DNA of 54,577 nucleotides, from the NCBI GenBank assembly GCA_020723925.1, contig DYHX01000002.1, positions 1-54,577 of the forward strand. The letters are read 5' to 3'. Source of the stretch: Nitrospira japonica (GTDB taxonomy: Bacteria; Nitrospirota; Thermodesulfovibrionia; Thermodesulfovibrionales; DYHX01). Below are positions 1 through 6,361 of the stretch, piece by piece. The notes beneath the pieces were generated by a model. The model was not told the DNA's origin, ran no database searches, and worked only from the letters and a program-made list of their open reading frames with translations. The translations under genes were made by a program, and so were the position numbers. Each line of letters opens with the position of its first letter. Position 1 is the stretch's first letter.

Positions 1-53
1 TACACCCTCTTTTTTTATACTTCAAGATTTTACACAGAAAAGTTTACGCTACC
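1..53. repeat. Terminal inverted repeat, left arm (exact reverse complement of 54524-54576)
   Basis: Read directly: 1-53 (tacaccctctttttttatacttcaagattttacacagaaaagtttacgctacc) is the exact reverse complement of 54524-54576. Identity stops abruptly at the inner edges. Confidence 0.95.
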
Positions 54-280
54 ATGTACCTGTTGCTACTGGATTTGGAGAGGGGAGAAATGTTATTATA
101 GCTCGCACAGCAGACGCCCTTATTGCAGTAGGCGGAGAGTATGGCACGCTCTCTGAGATAGCCTTTGGACTTAAAATAGGAAAGCCTGTAATCGGGATTA
201 ACACATGGGACATAAAAGGCGTCATCAAAGCAGAGAGCGCTAAAGATGCGATAGATAAGGTTTTTGAGCTTTTTAAGTAG
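2..280 (+). CDS. LOG/TIGR00725-family Rossmann-fold nucleotide-binding protein, C-terminal fragment (5-prime end cut by the contig edge)
   Basis: Frame 2 reads ...HVPVATGFGEGRNVIIARTADALIAVGGEYGTLSEIAFGLKIGKPVIGINTWDIKGVIKAESAKDAIDKVFELFK, with stop TAG at 278-280. The GGxxGTLSE motif is typical of the LOG/TIGR00725 family. It is absent from the ORF track because there is no start codon in the window. The first 53 nt coincide with the terminal inverted repeat and may not be native to the gene. Confidence 0.6.
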   Translation, partial: TPSFFILQDFTQKSLRYHVPVATGFGEGRNVIIARTADALIAVGGEYGTLSEIAFGLKIGKPVIGINTWDIKGVIKAESAKDAIDKVFELFK

Positions 281-336
281 TGTTTGTTTTTCTTTGACTG
301 ACAACTATTCACTAACAACTAACAACTATCGTTATT

Positions 337-413
337 GCCCCCTTAGCTCAGTAGGATAGAGCACAGGTTTCCTAAACCTGGTGCCGCAGGTTCGATTCCT
401 GCAGGGGGCACCA
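337..413 (+). tRNA. tRNA-Arg (anticodon CCU), CCA encoded
   Basis: The cloverleaf folds by hand: acceptor gccccct/agggggc, D stem gctc/gagc, anticodon stem caggt/acctg with loop ttCCTaa, T stem gcagg/cctgc with loop ttcgatt, then discriminator a plus cca. Confidence 0.9.
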
Positions 414-440
414 TATTCTGCAGTAAAACCTGCCCGGACT

Positions 441-495
441 TTAAATGGATAGCGAGTGTATTCCCCGCAGCTTGCTGCGGGGAATCTTCAATCAG
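441..495 (-). repeat. 55-nt hairpin element, copy 1 (51/55 identical to 31821-31875 in inverse orientation)
   Basis: ttaaatggatagcgagtgtattccccgcagcttgctgcggggaatcttcaatcag contains an 11-bp stem attccccgcag/ctgcggggaat with loop cttg. It lies just 3-prime of the tRNA, in the same orientation relative to the upstream gene as copy 2 has behind bamA. Confidence 0.85.
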
Positions 496-546
496 AGCTT
501 GAGGCAAGGACAGGAAGAAAACTTCATCAGCCTTATACGACAAACC

Positions 547-600
547 TCAAATTGTTGTGTCAAATTGTTGTTGCAAATTTAAAACCCTCTGTGATATATT
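547..600 (+). promoter_or_regulatory. Candidate sigma70 promoter of cbiM, overlapped by a tandem direct repeat (possible operator)
   Basis: tcaaattgttgt occurs at 547-558 and again at 560-571. TTGCAA sits at 571-576, followed by an 18-nt spacer ending in TGa, then TATATT at 595-600. Confidence 0.4.
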
Positions 601-616
601 GTTTTTAGAATTCTAA

Positions 617-629
617 AGCCACGAAGGCT
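617..629 (+). other. AGCC-ACGAA-GGCT hairpin (CCACGAAGG motif copy 1) in the cbiM leader
   Basis: agccacgaaggct was read directly. The same 9-mer CCACGAAGG recurs at 5459-5467, 5510-5518 and 6301-6309, always in non-coding DNA. Confidence 0.6.
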
Positions 630-696
630 TAAAAAGGCCAGGAGGTCTAAAAAAGCTTTCGCGGCTTTTTTGTTTGCGCGGGAATGGAGGTTTTAA

Positions 697-1368
697 ATGC
701 ATATACCTGATGGATATTTAGGGCCAATAACATATGGGAGTTTGTGGGCAGCCATTGCACCCATATGGTTTTATGCCTCTAAAAAAATAAAGGAGACGAT
801 GAAGGCATCTCAGGTACCATTCCTTGCCCTTGGCGCAGCCTTTAGTTTTGTTATCATGATGTTTAATGTGCCGATACCTGGTGGTGCGACAGGCCATGCA
901 ACTGGTGCTACTCTCATTGCGATATTTATAGGGCCATGGGCTGCAATAATGGCTGTATCCATTGCCCTCATCATTCAAGCTCTTATCTTTGGAGACGGCG
1001 GGATTACAGCTATAGGTGCAAATTGTTTTAATATAGGTTTTGCAGGGGTGCTTGTTGGTTATAGGATATACAGGCTGATTGCAGGGAAGTCGGATGTAAC
1101 ATCCAGAAAAAGGGTAATAGGAGCTGGGATAGGTGCATATATAGGTATCAACCTTGCTGCCTTTCTCACTGCCTTTGAACTCGGTATACAGACCGTGTTA
1201 CATGTAGGAGCGGATGGAAGGCCACTTTACAGCCCATTCCCTTTAAGCATCACTATACCTGCAATAATGTTAGAGCATATATTTCTTTTTGGAATTGTTG
1301 AGGCATTGGTTACTGTGCTTGTGCTTCTGTATATTCAGAAGTCACATCCAGAGTTGATAAGAGGGTAA
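697..1368 (+). CDS. cbiM: Cobalt/nickel ECF transporter substrate-capture component CbiM
   Basis: The N-terminus MHIPDGYL is the hallmark metal-binding N-terminus of CbiM/NikM. The protein is a 223-aa polytopic membrane protein. A GGAGG-like site (ggaatggagg) lies upstream. Confidence 0.9.
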   Translation: MHIPDGYLGPITYGSLWAAIAPIWFYASKKIKETMKASQVPFLALGAAFSFVIMMFNVPIPGGATGHATGATLIAIFIGPWAAIMAVSIALIIQALIFGDGGITAIGANCFNIGFAGVLVGYRIYRLIAGKSDVTSRKRVIGAGIGAYIGINLAAFLTAFELGIQTVLHVGADGRPLYSPFPLSITIPAIMLEHIFLFGIVEALVTVLVLLYIQKSHPELIRG

Positions 1369-1370
1369 CA

Positions 1371-1736
1371 ATGAAAAGTTCAAAGTTAAAAGTTAAAACT
1401 TTATGGTTTAAAAAATTGTGGATCGGAATTGGAATTTTGGTACTTCTATCTCCACTTGGCCTTATCATTCCTGATCTATTAAAGGCTGGCGGTGCATGGG
1501 GAGAGTGGGGGACAAATGAGATCGAAAAGGTTGCAGGCTATGTCCCTCACGGACTCAAAAAGCTATCGGAACTCTGGTCTGCTCTAATCCCTGATTATGC
1601 CTTTTCTGGATGGGATAGAGGGATAAAGTCATACATTGCATACATCATATCGGGTCTTATTGGTGTTGCAATAATTGTTGGAGTAACATATCTTTTTGCA
1701 AAGATTCTCAAAAGAGGTGAACGGGGAATGAATTAG
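1371..1736 (+). CDS. PDGLE-domain / CbiN-like small membrane component of the CbiMNQO transporter
   Basis: The gene starts 3 nt after cbiM. It has two terminal TM helices flanking AWGEWG...YVPHGLKKLSELW (a PDGLE-type segment). Position and size fit CbiN/PDGLE proteins. Confidence 0.7.
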   Translation: MKSSKLKVKTLWFKKLWIGIGILVLLSPLGLIIPDLLKAGGAWGEWGTNEIEKVAGYVPHGLKKLSELWSALIPDYAFSGWDRGIKSYIAYIISGLIGVAIIVGVTYLFAKILKRGERGMN

Positions 1737-1918
1737 AAAAGCTAAAGAAATTGCTTCATCATTGGATGGAGCATAACGATGAGCAGAGATTACAGGGAGT
1801 GGGCAGAGAAGGCATCATCCCTTAGTAATGAGGGTTTATCAAAGATTCTCGGCAGGCTTTATCATGAGACAAAAAATTGAATGGGCTTTTTGAAGAAGCT
1901 ATAAAGACGATTGGTTAA
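1728..1918 (+). pseudogene. Frame-disrupted copy of the ~65-aa HW(V/M)EHN helical module that forms the C-terminus of CbiO (16804-17007)
   Basis: Three pieces align to MSDLDKLKRLLEHWVEHNVGHAKTYTEWAEKADAMGKNKLAWTLKEIADETERLNLLFNRAIEATNL. They are ELEKLKKLLHHWMEHNDEQ (frame of 1730), DYREWAEKASSLSNEGLSKILGRLYHETK (frame of 1779) and KLNGLFEEAIKTIG-stop (frame of 1730 again, stop at 1916-1918). The ATG at 1728 is followed immediately by TAG. Confidence 0.65.
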
Positions 1919-2074
1919 ACTTGGAGTATTATGAAAACATATGCTATAAACTTAGCAAAGCTATAAGGATCATTGGTCATGAAAGTCAGAATGCTTTTGC
2001 AGCTTATTTTGTTTCTGAGGAGGTGAGAATTAAGTAACAAGTAACGAGTAACAAGTAAGAAGAAAAAATAATTA

Positions 2075-2265
2075 CCAGATGGCTGGGTGTCAGGGAAGAG
2101 GAGTGGAATTCTCCCGCTGCCCCGCAGCCGTAAAGGGAACGAAAGCCCAAAAAGAAGCCACTGGAGTAAGACTGTTTGAACTGCTTGAACGGTTTGAACG
2201 GTTTCTCCGGGAAGGCGGGTGAGTAGATATAAGTATAAGCCCTGAGCCGGAAGACCTATCCAGAC
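2075..2265 (+). promoter_or_regulatory. Cobalamin (B12) riboswitch upstream of the first TonB-dependent receptor
   Basis: Conserved cores appear in the right order: cagggaag, gagtggaattctcc, gctgccccgcagccgtaaa, agccactgg, ccgggaaggcgg, and a B12-box-like gagccggaagacct. The variable arm carries a tandem ttgaacgg repeat (2172-2206). Confidence 0.8.
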
Positions 2266-2365
2266 AAAAAGTGCAGAGTTAAGAGTTCGGAGTTTAGAGT
2301 AAAAAAGAACACGAATAAAGACTCTGACACAAACCAAATCTAAAATTTTCTCGAGGGAGGAAAAA

Positions 2366-4390
2366 ATGAAAAGATTTTCGTCATTTGTTATTACATCTCT
2401 ACTTTTAGCCTTTAGCCATTTGCCATTTGCCCTTAGCCTGTTTGCTGTTCCTGTCTTTGCAGAACAGAAGACCGCATCGCTTGAAGAGATCGTAGTAACC
2501 GCAACAAAAGTCGAAGAACCCAAAAAGGATGTTCCTGCATCTGTCCAAATAATCACTCAAGAAGATATTAAAAGCTCCACTGCAAAAAATGTAGGAGACC
2601 TGCTCTCAGAAGCCGGTATCGGACATGTCCACAAGTATCCAGGAGCATTAACAGGCAGAATCGGCATCAGGGGATTGGCCGGTGACGCCCATGACAGCTC
2701 ATTCAAAAATAAGATTCTCGTCCTTGTGAATGGAAGCCTTGCCGGAACATCCAATCTTGCATTGATTCCAGTTGATAACATCGAAAGGATAGAGATAGTA
2801 AAAGGGCCTGCCTCTGTGCTTTACGGTTCACAGGCTATGGGCGGTGTTATCAACATAATAACAAAGGAGGGTAAGGAAGACATCCACGGCTCTGCGGGAG
2901 TAGAAGCTGGCTCATGGAAGTTCTGGAAGACAAGTGCTGAACTGAATGGAAAGAAAGGGGCATTTGATTTTTACCTTACAGCGAGCCGTTCTGCAATGGA
3001 TGATTATAAGGCAAAAATTAAAGATAAAAACGGTAATGATTATGGAAAAAATACAGGCTACAACGATGAGGCGGTATCAGCCCGCTTCGGATATAGACTT
3101 TTTGATGGACATCATATCTCTGTTGGCCTGCAGCACTGGAAGGGATGGGAGATAGGCAACCCGAATGCGAGCTACAGCCCTGACTATGATGATCATACGT
3201 ATAAAGAGAGGAACGGTTTTGATATCGGATATAAGACAGAGACATTCAACGCAAAATATTATTTTGTCAAAAACAAAAGTGAAAACCATACGGTAACATC
3301 AGGCGCTATTACCAATACATACACTTCAGAAAAAGACACTCAGGGCATAAATGCTCAGAAGTCATTTCATATCAGTGACCACAGGGTAATAATCGGCGGT
3401 CAATGGGACAGGACAGAGGTTGATAGCTGGAGAAACACTGGAGCGCCGTATAATCCCAATTCAAGCTGGGACAGTTATGGCGCATTTGCAGAAGGCAGAT
3501 TAAGCCTTTTCAACAAAAAACTTCTTTTGAGCGCAGGGCTTCGTTATGACTATTTTGAAAACAGAATACTTTCAACGCCTGGCATCCCAAGCGTTAAACC
3601 GAGAAAAGAAGACCTTGATAATGTATCTGTAAGAGGAGGCCTCGTTTATAAGCTTACAGACAGCTTTAGTCTCAAAGGCAATATCGGCACAGCCTTCCGC
3701 GCGCCTGCTCCTGATGAGCTTGCAACGGATTATGTATCATCATGGGGGACACATTATATTGGAAATCCGAACTTAAAACCTGAGAAGAGCACATCCTATG
3801 ATGCAGGAGTTGAGTATTCAAAAGACCTTTTTAATGGTGGTTTAACGTTCTTTCATACGGACTTTAAAGACAAGATATTGAGCTATTATGACACGACCCT
3901 TTCTGCCCAGACCTTCAAGAATGTTGACGGCGCAACACTTCAGGGTATTGAAGCTAATTTCTCCTATGATGTGGGATTGGCTTCAGGTCTTAATATTTCC
4001 ATAGAGCCGTTTACAAATATCACTTATCACACAAGGTATTCAAGCAAAGATGACCTTGAAATAAGCAAATATGGGAAAATACTTCTTTACACTCCAAAGT
4101 GGACAGGGGCTTTCGGGATCAAGACTGGTCAGGAAAAATGGGAAGCACGACTTATTGCAAACTACACAGGTGATGAAAGGGTTCAGGATTGGGCACCTCC
4201 GTCAAATGGGAAGAATGTTGTAAAGAAGGGCGACTTCACAGTAGTGAATCTCAAGGGTTCCTATAAACCAATAAAGAATCTTGAAATCATGGCATCTGTA
4301 GAAAACCTCTTTGACAGGGCATATGAATATGTTCGGGGTTATCCGATGCCGGGGAGAACATTTGTAGCAGGGGTAAGGTGGATATTTTAG
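2366..4390 (+). CDS. btuB: TonB-dependent outer-membrane receptor, BtuB-like (riboswitch-controlled)
   Basis: The protein has a signal peptide and a TonB box (LEEIVVTATK). Plug motifs are IERIEIVKGPASVLYGSQAMGGVINIITK, and the C-terminus is aromatic (...GVRWIF). It sits directly downstream of a B12 riboswitch. The SD gggagg is at 2355-2360. Confidence 0.85.
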   Translation: MKRFSSFVITSLLLAFSHLPFALSLFAVPVFAEQKTASLEEIVVTATKVEEPKKDVPASVQIITQEDIKSSTAKNVGDLLSEAGIGHVHKYPGALTGRIGIRGLAGDAHDSSFKNKILVLVNGSLAGTSNLALIPVDNIERIEIVKGPASVLYGSQAMGGVINIITKEGKEDIHGSAGVEAGSWKFWKTSAELNGKKGAFDFYLTASRSAMDDYKAKIKDKNGNDYGKNTGYNDEAVSARFGYRLFDGHHISVGLQHWKGWEIGNPNASYSPDYDDHTYKERNGFDIGYKTETFNAKYYFVKNKSENHTVTSGAITNTYTSEKDTQGINAQKSFHISDHRVIIGGQWDRTEVDSWRNTGAPYNPNSSWDSYGAFAEGRLSLFNKKLLLSAGLRYDYFENRILSTPGIPSVKPRKEDLDNVSVRGGLVYKLTDSFSLKGNIGTAFRAPAPDELATDYVSSWGTHYIGNPNLKPEKSTSYDAGVEYSKDLFNGGLTFFHTDFKDKILSYYDTTLSAQTFKNVDGATLQGIEANFSYDVGLASGLNISIEPFTNITYHTRYSSKDDLEISKYGKILLYTPKWTGAFGIKTGQEKWEARLIANYTGDERVQDWAPPSNGKNVVKKGDFTVVNLKGSYKPIKNLEIMASVENLFDRAYEYVRGYPMPGRTFVAGVRWIF

Positions 4391-4410
4391 CTTAGGCTGA
4401 GAAAAGCTTG

Positions 4411-4516
4411 AGATTGCTTCGCCTACGGCTCGCAATGACCCCTCCGTGATCCTCCCCTTAGTAAGGGGAGGAATGGTGAGGTTGTCGTTGCGAGGAGCGG
4501 AGTGACGAAGCAATCT
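4411..4516. repeat. Palindromic MITE/REP-like element between the TBDR and cbiZ
   Basis: The arms agattgcttcgcctacggctcgcaatgac (4411-4439) and gtcgttgcgaggagcggagtgacgaagcaatct (4484-4516) are imperfect inverted repeats. They flank a central hairpin cctcccctta-g-taaggggagg (4451-4471). The element translates into the RNDN / PPLTKGR-type pseudo-peptides seen in spurious ORF 4202-4513. Confidence 0.7.
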
Positions 4517-4534
4517 AATAATTGGAGGATATAA

Positions 4535-5359
4535 ATGAAGAAACGAGTTTTATGGATTTTAATTTTTCTATTGATTCCCTCAATTGTCATGGCAGGGAAT
4601 ATTCCCCTGCCTCAAGGCCTCAATGCAAAGGCATCTGTAATCAAGACAGAAAAAGATGGTCTCTGGGAAAAGAGCCTGATTGTGCAGTTTCAAGAAAAAA
4701 GGCGTGTCCTTTCTACAAATGACGGCTTTGTTGATACAATGGCTGTTGTTAATCACTCTGCCCATCCCGAATTATGGAAAAGGGTGTGTCAGGAAATGAA
4801 GACAGAGCATGAAGTTGGCGGAAAGGTGTATTCAAGAAAGATAAAGGAAAGGATTGCAAAAATGCTCGGTATAAGAAGCGAAGACATTGCACAGATGGGC
4901 ACTGCCGCAGATATGGATAACCTTGCAGTAGTAACAAGGACATATAAACCATTTGCTGTCACGGCACTTGTAACAGCAGGTGCAAAGACTAATGCTTTAA
5001 GAGCAGGTGTTGACGAGGGAACCCATATTGAGGGAGAAGAGCCAAAGGGTACAGTTAACATTCTTATTCTCACCAATGCAAGGCTTACAGATGGTGCAAT
5101 GGCAAGGGCGATAGTGACAGTAACAGAGGCAAAGACCGCAGCCTTTGAGGACTTAAGAGTCCCGAGCAGCTATACAAAAAGTGTTCAGGCAACAGGCACA
5201 GGAACTGACAGCGTCATCGTTGTTTCAGGAATATCCGGACCGAAGGTCACTTATACAGGCGGCCACAGCAGAATTGGCGGATTAATAGGAAAGGCGGTCT
5301 ATGAAGCAGTAGTTGAGGCGCTTGGGAAACAAAATGGTTTTAAAAAATTTGACAAATAG
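4535..5359 (+). CDS. cbiZ: CbiZ-family adenosylcobinamide amidohydrolase homolog with an N-terminal Sec signal peptide
   Basis: CbiZ-like core: TALVTAGAKTNALRAG...GTVNILILTNARLTDGAMARAIVTVTEAKTAAFEDLRV...ATGTGTDSVIVV. The N-terminus MKKRVLWILIFLLIPSIVMAG is a classical signal peptide. SD GGAGG lies 6 nt before the ATG. Confidence 0.75.
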   Translation: MKKRVLWILIFLLIPSIVMAGNIPLPQGLNAKASVIKTEKDGLWEKSLIVQFQEKRRVLSTNDGFVDTMAVVNHSAHPELWKRVCQEMKTEHEVGGKVYSRKIKERIAKMLGIRSEDIAQMGTAADMDNLAVVTRTYKPFAVTALVTAGAKTNALRAGVDEGTHIEGEEPKGTVNILILTNARLTDGAMARAIVTVTEAKTAAFEDLRVPSSYTKSVQATGTGTDSVIVVSGISGPKVTYTGGHSRIGGLIGKAVYEAVVEALGKQNGFKKFDK

Positions 5360-5438
5360 AAGATCATTAATGTATTTTTATAAAAAACCTGAACTCGAAG
5401 TTCGGGGAGCAGTTTTAATTTATATCAAAGAAATTAAG

Positions 5439-5490
5439 GCCATGAAGGCTTTGCACCACGAAGGTGCAGACTTCATGGCTTTTTTGTTTG
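5439..5490 (+). terminator. Rho-independent terminator after cbiZ (nested hairpin plus U-run)
   Basis: The outer stem is gccatgaag (5439-5447) paired with cttcatggc (5471-5479). It encloses an inner hairpin gcacc-acgaa-ggtgc (5453-5467), followed by ttttttgttt. Confidence 0.8.
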
Positions 5491-5564
5491 AGACTCCAGA
5501 ATCATCCAGCCACGAAGGTCAGCCATATCTTCCAGGAAGGAAGGAAAAACTTTTTGGAGGATAT

Positions 5565-6269
5565 ATGGAAAAGACAATCTGTAAAAATGTAGCAACAGTT
5601 CAATTCTGGGACAGTTATGCAAAATGGTATAAGCTCTGGATGGAGCATAACGACTATCATCACAGGATCATTGAAACGCTTACCTCTATGGTCGAGCCGG
5701 GCTGGAGAGTTCTTGACATCGGCGCAGGAAACGGTGTCCTTTCTTTGCCTTTATGCGCTATTGGTTGTGAGGTGACGGCCATTGAACCTTCTGTTGGAAT
5801 GAGAAACCTTCTTTATGAAGATGCGTTCGGCAGAGGCATTGACTGGATTAATGTTGATGAGAGGAGATGGGAAGATGTTCCAAATTTTGCTCTGAACGAT
5901 TATGACCTCATTATGGCATGCAACAGTCTGCATCTGACAGAGATGGGCTTCAGACAGGCGCTTGAAAGGATATTCCATGCAAAACCGAAAAATGTCTTTG
6001 TCGTTACAGAACTCGGCGCTCCGGAGATAAAAGTTAAATGGCAATATGGAGATTACACAATGCTATTTACTAAATGCTATGAAACAGAGAGTTCTCTTGC
6101 CTATCACTCAACTGATGAGATTGTGGAATACTGGTCCTTTATAAAGGGCAGGAGACTCCATTCGTTTGAAATAGAAGGAATAATATCGAGGACTGTTTTT
6201 GAAGGCGATCATATGTGGCTAAAGGATACAGCCCGTGTAGGGATGTATTGGTGGGAGAGAAACACTTAA
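5565..6269 (+). CDS. Class I SAM-dependent methyltransferase
   Basis: Motif I is VLDIGAGNGVLSLPL. I placed the start at ATG 5565 (MEKTICKN..., SD ggagg 5 nt upstream) rather than at 5313. The upstream part of the tracked ORF runs through a terminator and hairpin repeats. Confidence 0.75.
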   Translation: MEKTICKNVATVQFWDSYAKWYKLWMEHNDYHHRIIETLTSMVEPGWRVLDIGAGNGVLSLPLCAIGCEVTAIEPSVGMRNLLYEDAFGRGIDWINVDERRWEDVPNFALNDYDLIMACNSLHLTEMGFRQALERIFHAKPKNVFVVTELGAPEIKVKWQYGDYTMLFTKCYETESSLAYHSTDEIVEYWSFIKGRRLHSFEIEGIISRTVFEGDHMWLKDTARVGMYWWERNT

Positions 6270-6292
6270 AGTAATATTTTTCATAAATATTT

Positions 6293-6318
6293 GAACTAAG
6301 CCACGAAGGCTTTAGTTC
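6293..6318 (+). other. Hairpin gaactaagcc-acgaa-ggctttagttc (CCACGAAGG motif copy 4) in the leader of the second TBDR operon
   Basis: Read directly: an 11-bp stem with one bulge and the same ACGAA loop as the copies at 617-629 and 5453-5467. Confidence 0.6.
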
Positions 6319-6361
6319 TCCTAAGAAAGGAGGTGACAGAAAAAATCTTAGGAGGTGTTTG

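Noticed and set aside
343-543. A 66-aa minus-strand ORF overlapping tRNA-Arg and the hairpin element.
   Set aside because: It is explained entirely by the tRNA and the repeat. It has no SD or motif support.
540-696. A second cobalamin riboswitch in the cbiM leader.
   Set aside because: Only gccacgaaggc and ggccaggaggtct vaguely resemble the GCCACTG and B12-box cores. The 5-prime half (GGGAA, GGTG, GCTGCCCC cores) is missing. It is kept only as part of the CCACGAAGG motif finding.
1769-1785. A 17-nt identity, tggatggagcataacga, shared with 5638-5654 inside the methyltransferase gene (both encode WMEHN).
   Set aside because: A single shared 17-mer in 54.6 kb is near chance expectation (order 0.1-0.4). 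The flanks do not align. It is probably coincidental.
4202-4513. A 103-aa minus-strand ORF (…LRHSAPRNDN…PPLTKGR…).
   Set aside because: It translates the palindromic repeat and the antisense of the TBDR 3-prime end. This is a known style of repeat-derived pseudo-ORF.
5313-5564. The N-terminal 84-aa extension of the methyltransferase ORF in the track.
   Set aside because: The extension runs through a strong rho-independent terminator (5439-5490) and the CCACGAAGG hairpins. A good SD precedes ATG 5565.
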